Positions 1 through 10,512 of a stretch of DNA of 24,743 bases are shown piece by piece. Source of the DNA: Octopus sinensis (lineage: Eukaryota); assembly GCF_006345805.1 (NCBI RefSeq), contig NW_021823603.1, forward strand, positions 1-24,743, given 5' to 3'. The translations under genes and the position numbers were made by a program. The notes under the pieces were generated by a model. That model had not been told where the DNA came from. It ran no database searches and worked only from the letters and a program-made list of their open reading frames with translations. Numbering within the stretch: the first letter of the stretch is position 1; each line of letters opens with the position of its first letter.

Positions 1-74
1 CCGCAAAATGTGGGAGTAGTTAGGAATCTAAATCGTAGGAGACAGACACACAACTTGTCTTTTATATATAAAGA
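1..74 (-). mobile_element. 5' terminus of a Helitron-like non-autonomous element (runs off the window's left edge)
   Basis: Minus strand reads A|TCTTTATATATAAAAGACAAGTTGTGTGTCTGTC. The A|TC junction, TA-rich start and TGTC-type repeat match Helitron 5' ends and resemble the end at 601. Confidence 0.45.
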
Positions 75-94
75 TTTTCTTAAAAATATGAAAG

Positions 95-223
95 TCAAGA
101 AACGTTATTTGCGTTAAAAATGTCATTCGTTACAAAGTAAGCAAAGACGTTATATTTTCGCTCAACACGTCACTCGTTACGAAATATGGTAGCAAGGACG
201 CTGTATTTTCTGGTCAACACACA

Positions 224-258
<35 letters not shown>

Positions 259-272
259 CATTCGTTATCAAA
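95..272 (+). repeat. Degenerate ~50-bp tandem repeat (3-4 units)
   Basis: The motifs gtca(t/c)tcgttac and gacg(t/c)t(a/g)tattttc..tcaacac recur at ~122, ~169 and ~257, with a (CA)n tract in one unit. Confidence 0.55.
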
Positions 273-320
273 TACTTTACAGATGTGTCAAGTTGTGGTT
301 TGTTATTCATTATTTAAACA

Positions 321-601
321 GTAGCTGAACTCGTGCCGTCAAAAATGACGCCGAGTTGCGTCCCCTAGACAGTCTGTGGTTTGTGTTTCTGATTCTCGAC
401 CCCATGTCGAATTTATCAATTTTTTTCAGAACTGGGGGAACCTTTCAAAATTTTCGCTGCGTTAGTTTTGAATTATGACATTGGGCTATGTGTGTGTCAA
501 GTTTCATCAGAATCGGTTGAAAGCCGTGGTCAGAGTGAGGGTACAACTAAACAGACACACAGAAACACACACAGACAAACTGCCGTTTATATAGAGAGAG
601 A
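321..601 (-). mobile_element. Short non-autonomous Helitron-like element
   Basis: The minus-strand 5' end reads A|TCTCTCTCTATATAAAC. An imperfect hairpin (AACTCG..CGTCA aaaa TGACG.CGAGTT, 328-357) sits just inside a 3' end reading CTAC|T, where CTAG|T is canonical. The internal AAGTTTCATCAGAATCGG motif resembles one I recall from animal non-autonomous Helitrons. Confidence 0.55.
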
Positions 602-1204
602 TATACATAAGAATATGAACTCACTCGTGAACAGTGAATTGATTTCAATCTTTCTAAATTAGAATTCAATAAAGGAAGCCATATACGAACCAATGTATAA
701 TAAACTATTGACACTCGCACTTGTCGCCAGTATAAATATATAGACTGTTTTTTTTATTATATATACATCAACACAATACACACACGTATGAGTATAGATT
801 TTGTTTCACATTTTTATTTCAGGAACATAAATTTTATTTCACTTTTACTTTGTGTTTTTTAATCCATTATGTAATTTTACTCGGATTTATAAAGATATAA
901 ATAACAACAAAATTTAGCCTGTATGTGTTTCATTGACCGGCTAGAAAAAGTAGCCAAACTTCTTTTTTTTTAATTTTTATACCGAATAGAGAAACCAATT
1001 TTATAGTGTGTGTGTGTGTGTGTGTGACGTCTGAATATTACATTGTAGATTATATATACATTTTGATTATAGTCGTAATGTAATTAAATGTAAGGGAGGT
1101 AACTTTTGATGATTTTTTTTAGTTATCTCCCTTACTAGAGTTACTCCCCTTGCATTTCCAGAAAACTTGTCACGTTAACGAATTGATGCCGTTGTTTAGA
1201 CCAG

Positions 1205-2086
1205 CCCTGAGTTGCTTAGCAACGGGTAATAATAGAGAAGAATAGTTTTATATTGAGAGGGAGAGAGAAACTTATATGTTAGATAGTGAGTTAAATACAG
1301 ACAGAGAGAGAGAGAGGGGTAGACAGAGAGAGAGAAGAAGGCCTTAAGTACTGATGAAATTAAATGGCGTGAGTGGGGTGGGTCAGCAAAAGATACAGAA
1401 AATTCAGGTATCCTGTCAACAGAAACTTTGCATTTCCAATTCTGTCTCAGATACAATCTAACTTTACAATGGCAAACGAAATGAAATGTATATTTCAAGT
1501 CAGCGATAATCGGAAGATTTTAAAAATACACGCAGACAAACACACACACACACACACACACGCACACACACACACACACACACGCACACACGCACACACA
1601 CACACACACACACAAACTGTTGAAAATACAGTCACACACGCACACACCTTTTCCCTGAGTTGCTTAGCAACGGGTAATAATAGAGAAAAATAGTTTTATA
1701 TTGAGAGAGAGAGAAACTCATATGTTAGATAGTGAGTTAAATACAGACAGAGAGAGAGCGTAAAAGACAGAGAGAGAGAGAGACAGACAGACAGAGAGAA
1801 GAAGATCTTAAGTAACTTTCTGATGAGATTAAATGGAGTCGTTCAGTTTGTCTGCAAAAGATACAATCGAACGCTACAGTAGCTAAACCTCTTTCGCTTC
1901 ATTTTTCGGTTACAAAACCAAATGTCTATTTCATATGTCACCAAAAATCGGAAGATTTTAAAGATACACGCAGACAAATACACACACAGACACACACACG
2001 CACGCGCACACGCACACGCACACGCACACACACACACACAAACACACACACACATACATACATACATACATACATACATACATACA

Positions 2087-2117
<31 letters not shown>

Positions 2118-2130
2118 GTATATATATTTC
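1205..2130 (+). repeat. Diverged ~450-bp tandem duplication containing (GA)n, (CA)n and (CATA)n tracts
   Basis: CCCTGAGTTGCTTAGCAACGGGTAATAATAGAGA occurs at 1205 and ~1653. AATCGGAAGATTTTAAA.ATACACGCAGACAAA occurs at ~1508 and ~1946. Confidence 0.85.
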
Positions 2131-2250
2131 AAAATAGAAAATTACCCTTTAACAGGCAATTTTAACATGCTAGAAATAGCAGCAAAGATTGCTACGATCC
2201 ATTATTTTCTGGCAAATTTTGAAGTCCATGAAAAATAAAGACCTTTATCT

Positions 2251-2330
2251 TTATATATATATATATATATACATCTACATATATATATATATACACACAC
2301 ACACATATGTATAGATATATAGATATATAG

Positions 2331-2394
<64 letters not shown>

Positions 2395-2427
2395 CATAAA
2401 TATATAAATATATAAATATATATATAA

Positions 2428-2465
<38 letters not shown>

Positions 2466-2484
2466 TGAGAGAGAGAGATAGAGT

Positions 2485-2552
<68 letters not shown>

Positions 2553-2777
2553 GAGGGAGAGAGAGAGAGAGAGGAGAGAGAGGAGAGGGAGAGAGAGAGA
2601 GAGATAGAGTGAGAGAGAGAGATAGAGTGAGAGAGAGAGAGAGAGAGAGAGAGTGACAGAGAGAGAGAGATAGAGAGAGAGAGAGGGAGAGAGAGGGAGA
2701 TAGAGAGAGAGAGAGGGAGAGAGAGATAGAGAGAGGGAGAGAGAGAGGAGAGAGAGATAGAGAGAGAGAGAGAGAGA
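2251..2777. repeat. Compound microsatellite: (TA)n then a ~350-bp (GA)n polypurine tract
   Basis: Directly visible. It explains ORFs 2192-2794 and 2465-2656. Confidence 0.97.
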
Positions 2778-2812
2778 CTTATTTTATCGAACATTCGTTA
2801 GCTTTGGCTGCC

Positions 2813-3777
2813 ATTTCTCAAATCGTCAATGAAGAAGCAGACCGAACTCAACTCCAGTCTGATCTATATGCTGTGAGTCAATGGGCAGACAGAAACAAAA
2901 TGCAACTGAACGAGGGAAAATTTGAGCTGATGCATTTTGGAAGAAACTCCTCACTAAAACAGCCATACTCTCTTCCTTCAGGGGAACCGCTCACAGCCTC
3001 TAACAATATCAGAGACCTGGGTGTAATTGTTGATGACGATCTCAGTTGGAGTGCACACATCAACAAGAAGGTCGATATAGCTCGTAGGATGAGTTCCTGG
3101 ATCTTAAGAACTTTCCGGTCCAGAGGAAAAGGTGTCATCATATCACTTTTTTCCTCCTTTGTACGGCCACACCTTGAATACTGCTGCCCACTGTGGTCTC
3201 CTCACACAAGACAAAACATCTCCAGAATTGAGTCACCCCAGAGGGCACTCACTAAACGCATTGAAGGCATGGCTGCTCTCGATTATTGGGATCGCCTTAA
3301 AGCCTTGAAACTTTACTCCCTCCAGCGTCGCCGTGAGCGGTACATCATTTGTACGATGTGGAAAATATACCGTCAACTTTGCCCAAACGACCTAAACATT
3401 AGCTTCAAGTTCATCCAAGACTTGGACCACGGGCTATACGTCCCCTGCCCAATTCAAGATCACAACATACATGTACACTGCAGCACAATTTCTTTTCCTC
3501 AACAGGCCCTGCCCTATTTAACATTGTCCCGAGAGAGATCAAAGAGGAAAAGGATCCCATCAACTTTAAACAGAGTCTGGATAGATTCCTTCAAAGAATA
3601 CCAGATAAGCCACCCATAATTGGATATAACTCACCCAACAAGAACTCACTACTTGAACAAAACTTGACTTAAACAAAACTTGACTTAAACAGGATTCGAA
3701 TAATCCTATCAGGTGGTGCTATTAAGTTAGACATGGCCTGGACCAATCTTTGTTCGAAACATATCTAAGTTTATCTA

Positions 3778-3782
<5 letters not shown>
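2813..3782 (+). mobile_element. 5'-truncated CR1/L2-group LINE: C-terminal RT region, 3' UTR and tail (frameshifted, non-functional)
   Basis: Translation shows LQSDL..WADRNKMQLN, RDLGVIVD..LSW..HI, VRPHLEYCCPLWSP and LYSLQRRRER. After a frameshift near 3410 the frame continues HPRLG..GPALFNIVP..FKQSLDRFL..IPDKP..NSL to a TAA at 3670-3672. The element ends in (TATCTAAGTT)2. The YADD motif is missing because the truncation falls just after it. Confidence 0.92.
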
Positions 3783-3853
<71 letters not shown>

Positions 3854-3963
3854 CATATACAACATGAGAAAATGGAGAAATACATCTAAATCATTAATCA
3901 ATTATCAGATAATACTTTATTAAACCCTGTCTCAATTTGTATATATATACATATATATATATA

Positions 3964-4016
<53 letters not shown>
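3783..4016. repeat. (TA)n tracts flanking an 80-bp internally deleted copy (3860-3939, inverted) of the element at 6523-6780
   Basis: 3860-3939 matches the reverse complement of both ends of 6523-6780. A similar remnant lies at ~5329-5395. Confidence 0.75.
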
Positions 4017-4020
<4 letters not shown>

Positions 4021-4172
4021 CAGTTACGCAATGGCGTCGATGTAATCGCCTTAATCCGTATGTCTGTCTTTGTTTGTCCCCTCTGTGTTTAGCCTCTTAT
4101 GGGTAGTAAAGAAATAGGTATTTCGGCTGCCGCTACGCTCTGAGTTCAAATTCCGCCGAGGTCGACTTTGCC
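4017..4172 (+). repeat. Partial unit of a SINE-derived ~185-bp repeat
   Basis: Contains TGAGTTCAAATTCCGCCGAGGTCGACTTTG at 4141, as in the units at 5591, ~5776 and 20.5-22.6 kb. Confidence 0.85.
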
Positions 4173-4210
4173 TGCTATTTCTAGCATATAGATATCCTTC
4201 TTGAAGGCCT

Positions 4211-4525
4211 GATCGATTTGCTTGACTAAATGCGGTGCTCCAGCATGGCCACAATTAAATGACTGAAACAAGTAAAATAAAAGAACATATATATATATAT
4301 ATATATATGTTTTGATTTTCCTTGTTTCAGTCATTTGACTGTGGCCATGCTGGAGCACCGCATTTAGTCGAGCAAATCAATCCCAAGACATTATCTTTAA
4401 GCCTAGCCGTTCTTGTCAAGCGATGTTGGAGGGTGAGGGGAAACAGACACACACACTCACACACACATATATGTATACATTTATATACGATGGGCTTCTT
4501 TCAGTTTCCATCTACCAAATCTATT
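4211..4525. mobile_element. Two SINE 3' tails arranged tail-to-tail (plus 4211-4283; minus 4321-4525, internally deleted)
   Basis: GCGGTGCTCCAGCATGGCCACA..TGACTGAAACAAG is followed by its reverse complement. The minus copy continues into the SINE body seen at 13122-13535. Confidence 0.85.
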
Positions 4526-4977
4526 CATACATACACACACACAAACACAGACACACATGTGTGTTTTCATTTCTGTGTCTGCGTGCGCGCGAGTTTCCAG
4601 TTCATTGTTTGTGCGTGTGTGTGTGTGTGTGCGCGCGCGCTAGTGTATGCGTGTGGGCGTGTGTGTGTGGGTGTGTAACTGTGTATTTTCATTTGTGTGT
4701 GTGTGTGTTTGTCCGTATGTGTGTGTGCGTGTGTGAGTGTGAGTGTGTCTGAGTATTTTCATTTCGTGGTTGTTTATGACTGGTTTTAATTATGTGTGCG
4801 TGTGTATTTTCGTTTCTGTGTGTGAGTGTTTCAGTGTGTAACTGTGCATTTTCAATTTTGTGCATGAATGTGTGTGAGTGTTTGTGTGTGTGTCGTTACG
4901 CACGCACGCACTGGTGTCGAAAGGCACAAACGCACACATACACACACGCAATTCAAAATACAGTCACACACGCACAG

Positions 4978-5013
<36 letters not shown>

Positions 5014-5063
5014 GCTCGCGCACACACACACACAAACACACACACACACACACACGCACACAC

Positions 5064-5107
<44 letters not shown>

Positions 5108-5120
5108 ACACATATATACA
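4526..5120. repeat. (TG)n-rich degenerate minisatellite followed by (CA)n tracts
   Basis: TG runs are punctuated by TTTTC(A/G)TTT-like motifs at ~4564, 4687, 4756, 4807 and 4849. Polarity flips to CA at ~4900. Confidence 0.9.
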
Positions 5121-5265
5121 TTTCAAAATAGAAAATTGCCCATTAACAGGTAATTTTTACATGCTAGAAATAGCAGCCAAACTTTGCCACGATCCTTCAT
5201 TTTCTAGCAAATTTTCAAGTCCATGAAAAATAAAAACCTTTATCTAGTTAAATATATACAACTAC

Positions 5266-5304
<39 letters not shown>

Positions 5305-5395
5305 AATATATATATATATACATACTTATGGAGAAATACATCTAAATCAAATATCAATTATCAGATAATACTTTATTAAACCCTATATCAATTTG

Positions 5396-5467
<72 letters not shown>

Positions 5468-5494
5468 TAAAATAAAATAACGGAAACTGAAAGA

Positions 5495-5835
5495 ATCGAC
5501 TTAATCCGTATGTCTGTCATTGTTTGTCCCCTGTGCGTTTAGCCCCTTGTGGGTAGTTAAGAAATAGGTATTTTGTCTGCCGCTCCGCTCTGAGTTCAAA
5601 TTCCGCCGAGGTCGGCCTTGCTTTTCATTCGTTCGGGGTCGATTATATAAGTACCAGTTACGCACTGGGGTCAATATAATCGACTTAATACCTTTGTCTG
5701 TCTTTGTTTGTCTTCTGGGTGTTTAGCTCATTGTGGGTAATAAAGAAATAGGTACGTTGTCTGGCGCTACGGTCTCAGTTCAAATTCCGCCGAGGTCGAC
5801 TTTGCCTTTTATCCTTCGGGGTCGATAAATTAACA
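5495..5835 (+). repeat. Tandem headless SINE-derived units (~185-bp period)
   Basis: A B-box-like AGTTCAAATTCC occurs at ~5593 and ~5777. The core is TT(C/T)AT(C/T)C.TTCGGGGTCGAT..AAGTACCAG. Confidence 0.85.
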
Positions 5836-6325
5836 TATACACAAAGACAGACAGACACACACACACACGCACATACATACATACATACACACATACATAG
5901 AAACATACATACATACATACATACATACATACATACATACATACATACATAAGTCAGAGAGAGAGTGCCGCTACATTGTTGCTCAGTATCCTAGAAATAG
6001 CAACCAAATCACCCTGTGATTACCTAACCCTTGTACTTAGATAATAGTTGTGATTATCCCAGTCGTATTACCTGCTCATTTACGGCTGTCAGAGTTAGAC
6101 AATAATTCATTTGCTACACAGCTAATCGAGTGAACTAATGTTAAAAATCTTAACCAAGAATAAAAATTACAACCATTGTTGGACTTATTTTATCGTACTT
6201 TCGTTAGCTTTGGCTGCTATTTCTAGCATATGGATAGCCTACTTGACGGCCTGATCGATTTGCTCGACTAAAGCCGGTGCTCCAGCATGGCCACTTCCAA
6301 ATGACTGAAACAAGTAAAATAAAAT

Positions 6326-6367
<42 letters not shown>

Positions 6368-6522
6368 TATATGGTTCAAATTTACAGGAAACAAAAGACA
6401 GGTGTAGGAACAAGGAACACATGTTTTAGTTAAAAGCTCGAGATTGGACAAGTTTATTCTATATTATTTACATAAATATATATATGTATATATGTACATA
6501 TATATATGTGTATATATATATA

Positions 6523-6780
6523 CAAATTGAGATAGGGGTTGTAAATGCAACCCTGCATGGGATAACATATATCCAATATACTGCTATTTACTTATATTTA
6601 TATTCTCTTATACATATTGTATTTATTGTATCACATTATTCCTTTATGTACACTGTTTTGTTCTATATTATTATGTTTGACCTTAAAGTTTCTTATGTGG
6701 TGGTTTAATAAAGTATGTGATTGGGTATTATCTGGAAATTGATATTTGATTTGGATGTATTTCTCCATTTTCTTATTTTG
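6523..6780. mobile_element. MITE-like element inserted in (TA)n
   Basis: The ends TA|CAAATTGAGATAGGGG and CCATTTTCTTATTTTG|TA form an imperfect inverted pair. It has no coding capacity, and deleted derivatives occur elsewhere in the window. Confidence 0.5.
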
Positions 6781-6929
6781 TATATATATATATATTTATA
6801 TATATGTATTTACCTATATATGATTGTTTGTATGTATATATACATTTATGCACATAATGCAAGCTAATTAATTAGTGAGAGAGTGTAACGCAGTGCCCAT
6901 AACTTACTCACTGCCCCAAAACCTTATAA

Positions 6930-7914
6930 TTACGTGAGCAGAATGGTAACAACGTATTGCTGGTATTTAATGTTTTTCACTGTCTGGCGAGATGCTGTGT
7001 AAAGTTAGTCTAAATAGTATGTCATGGCTGGAATGTCTTGGCTTCTAGATTTGATGGATCAGGGTTGAGTTGGGGCGAAACTGCTATAACTACACTAATA
7101 CGATCATCCTCTCCCTCCGACAGGCACCATGACCACCACCACTAGCATGGACTATTAGAGAAAGTAGGTAAACCTCACCCAAATCACATGTGGAACAATA
7201 AATTTGTAGCTGGCATTCACTGACTTGATCAACAAGCTTGGGGGAAATGACATGACAGCAACAACAACACCAACAATATCACACACACACACACCACCAC
7301 CACCACCACCACCACCACCACAACCATCAAGACCAAAGAAAGAAAATTAAATTCATGATGTATAAAAGGTTAAAGAATGTTAGAGCTGTTAGAAATAGCA
7401 GCCAAATCCCCTTCTAACAACACCATTGTGTCTTAACATAACTTCATACATATTTATGTATGTGACCAGTGACAGTTGAATTGTACATGAGGGCTAGAGC
7501 TGTTAGAAATAGCAGCCAAATGCCCCTCCAACCTACTGAAATTAACTGCAGTTTATAAATTCTATGGCTGTCTTTCAACAAATGAACAACAGGTCCATTT
7601 AACTGCAGCACTTCATATGCTAGAAACAACAGCAAGACTTTAGCAAACATGTATATGAAGACAGAGAAAGAGAAGGGGCAATTTTGATGTAATCACCCCA
7701 AACAACCCCTCAAAACTTTTTCCCTTTTGTGAATTTTTAGAAGAGTTTTGTAAATTTGTTCTAAACACAGGAATTGATACAGTTATGCAAAAGTGAAAAG
7801 AAAAGATAGTTTTTGTGCTTTTTAAGGGCTATTTAGCTGTCATTTTTAGCATATCGCATGACCACTTGATACCCTCCTTGTTTGTTTCTCACTCTTACAT
7901 ATTGATGTTTTCAT
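6930..7914 (-). CDS. Speculative 4-exon small ORF, 73 aa (7914-7899, 7619-7537, 7236-7179, 6994-6930); no recognised homology
   Basis: Donors are gtaaga, gtaggt and gtgagg; acceptors are tttctag, cccccaag and actaactttacacag. Phases 1/0/1 are compatible and give MKTSISYEVLQLNGPVVHLLKDSHRIYKLQLISLVDQVSECQLQIYCSTCDLASRQTVKNIKYQQYVVTILLT. The model was assembled by hand and could be chance. Confidence 0.2.
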
Positions 7915-8526
7915 TATCTTTCAATAAATTCATTTAATGGTCTTTTGATGGGATTTAAGCACAAAGTCCAGACTGTCCATTTTTTAAATTTCAAAATATT
8001 AAAACAAGATTTCCTGGAAACTGAAAAAAACCAAAACTGTTATGAGTGGTTATATGGGATGCTTCAATCAGAATTCCGACATGGACAAAATATAGAAAGA
8101 AGCAGAAAGAAAAATATTTAAATATCTCATGTATCAATGCTTAATGGACACTAGACCTGCTGCAAGAAATAGCAGCCAAGTCTCCCTAAATCCAGACCTG
8201 TCTCTCTGTGTGTCTGTCTATCTATTATCAGCTCTTCTTCACAGCATTTTAGGATCAGATACCTTCCTTGCAACCCTCATCCGTATAGACATTCAGTCCC
8301 AGGGCACCATTTTCTACCATACACATATATGATTATTCTTTGTCTGTTGGCACAAGGCCTGGAATTCTAGTAGAGGCAGCCAATTGACTCCATCGACCCT
8401 GCGTGTGAACGATTCTTCCACCTCACCGGCTTATACACATACACATACTGTAACATCTCTCTGTCACTCTCTCCTTCTCTATCTTTCTATTCATCTATTA
8501 ATTATGTAATAATTCTCATTTAACAT

Positions 8527-8725
8527 TTAGCACAAGGACTGCAATTATTGTGAGCACCTAATCGATTACATTGACCCTATTACTTGATTTGTGCTCAATT
8601 CATGAGCCTGGAACGATTGGATGCAAAGCTACCCTCACCAGAATTTGAACTCACAATGTGAAACTACGAAATGGTGTGAAGCATTTCCTCTGCCGTGTGA
8701 GGGATTCTGCCAACACGCTGCCTTA
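8527..8725 (-). mobile_element. Old, degenerate tRNA-derived SINE that retains its head (parent family of the 185-bp units)
   Basis: Minus strand reads TAAGGCAGCGTGTTGGCAGAATC (A-box-like) ... GAAATGCTT ... TGAGTTCAAATTCTGGTGAGG..GCTTTGC ... GGGTCAATGTAATCGA. A related fragment lies at ~8347-8400. Confidence 0.65.
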
Positions 8726-9345
8726 TGAACACACACACACACACAAACACACACACATAGTATAACTACAATAATATATATCATATATAGTTATATTAAT
8801 ACATATATGCTTCTAGAAATAGCAGTCAAATCTCCTAAAATCACACACCATGCTGTGTTATGTCTGAAGAAATTAACTGCATTGTAGGAAGGCTCGTTGG
8901 AATTACCAGCCAATTAAAGCTCTAATTACAGAGTAATTTCTAATGCATGTATATATGAGGTCATACAGGATCTCTATCTGGTAGCTAGATCACTTTTAGT
9001 AAATGTTGATTAAACCCCTCCCCTTAAAATTTCTAGCATTCTCCATAAATCAGGAAAAAAAAATCTATTCTTTATGAGGGCAGGGAGTCGCTTTTTGTAT
9101 ATCTGTGTATATAGTTGTATTGATATTTTCTCTTGTAGAAATAGCAGTCAAATCCCTTTAAATCACACATTATACTGAAATATTAGCATTGTGACTCGGC
9201 TTGTTAGAAATAATATCCAAATCTCCCTCTGAAATTAAACATAGGAGAAGAGAGAGAAAACAGTGAGAGAGGGAGGAGGACATATAATGATTGAGTGAGA
9301 AAGAAGGAGGGATCACTGGAATAAATACAAGGCTTAACAAAAATA

Positions 9346-10512
9346 TGAGGGGTGTTCATTAAAGATGTTCCCTCACCCACCCACTTCCAGTTATTGCAGG
9401 AAACGGAACTTGTACAGGTATAATCATACATGTCTCCCCATGTCCCATTGTAAATTGCAGCTTTCCACTCGGATTCGTTTGTCTTTTGCGGCTGCTGAAG
9501 TGGACTAAGCTGTTATAATGGAGGCAGTTGAATGCAGATCAGGGATCAGGTTCTTATACTTGGAAGGTCGTACACCAAATGGGACTTTTGATGAGACGAA
9601 AGAAGCACTTATGGTGACGATGCACCATCATACAACATAGTCAAGCACTGGCATCACCTGTTCAAATGGGGCTGGACATTGGTGGAAACTGTTGGACAAC
9701 CACATTCTGCCATTGATGATGATGCCATCCATAAAGTGGAAGCTGCCATTTTGGAGGATCACCACAGAACTTTATGGCAACTAACCCAAAAAGTGAAGAT
9801 AAGCTTAGGATCTGTGGGAAAAAACTCATTTACAACCATTTGTACATGTTATCAGCACAATGGATTCCCCAGATGCTCACATCTTTTCAAAAGCAGGAAT
9901 GGGTCAATTGTTCCAAGGCCCTTTTGGCAATGTGTCAAGAAAATGAGGAGGATTTTTTCGGCAGACTTATCACACAGGATAAAGCGTGGGTCCATCACTA
10001 TGGTCCTGAGACTAAAGTCCAGTCAAAACAATGGAAGAATGATAACTCATCACCTCCAAAGAAGGGTCGTGTCCAGCCCTGACCAGGCAAGGTGATGCTC
10101 AATCTTTTTGGACCAGCACAGATTAGTGATGATGGATTTTCTGGCAAAGGGCTCCACAATTAATGGGGCACATCATGCTTCTCTGCCGCAGAAATTGCAG
10201 GATGCCATCAAAGCAGAGAAGCATGGCATGCTGACCAAAGGAGTCTGCTTCCTCAAAGACAACAACTCAGTTCACAAAACACATGTTGCCCAGATGAAAG
10301 CACACTCCTGTGGCTATGAAATCCTTACTCTCCTGACCTCGCACCATCTGACTTCCACCTCTTTCGAGCCATGAAATCTTTTTTGAAGGGGAAGAAATTT
10401 TCAGATGACAAACTTATTTCTGAAGTAAAGCCTTGACTCTAGATGCAGCCTACCAACTTCTACAGATGAGGGATACACAACTGCATAAAAGAGACAGGAG
10501 AAGTGTGACACC
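9346..10512 (+). mobile_element. Mariner (Tc1/mariner, DD34D-type) DNA transposon, decayed, right end disrupted
   Basis: The left end TA|TGAGGGGTGTTCA is mariner-TIR-like. It is followed by the transposase remnant from 9518. Confidence 0.9.
9518..10512 (+). pseudogene. Mariner transposase pseudogene
   Basis: Starts MEAVECRSGIRFLYLEGRTP, then YGDDAPSYNIVKHW..FKWG (HTH), WIPQMLT (WVPHEL-like), LITQDKAWVHHY, FLKDNN and PYSPDLAPSDFHLF (~10323-10364). It has multiple frameshifts and stops. Confidence 0.92.

Noticed and set aside
1351-1850. CTGATGA at 1351 and 1820 as hammerhead cores or C/D snoRNA boxes
   Set aside because: No stem II followed by GAAA and no convincing terminal stem. The two hits are paralogous copies from one local duplication.
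2804-3619. Intact 271-aa reverse transcriptase gene or retron-like system
   Set aside because: It starts at a TTG in flanking DNA, lacks the YADD motif and upstream RT subdomains, and is frameshifted near 3410. It is a truncated LINE.
2127-5245. A common ~2.99-kb periodicity shared with the 13.6-19.5 kb duplication
   Set aside because: The 2994 offset holds for one block only and changes for neighbouring blocks, so it is coincidental.
5495-5835. The 185-bp tandem unit as a hammerhead retrozyme
   Set aside because: The unit size fits, but I found no CUGANGA-stem-GAAA core on either strand by eye.
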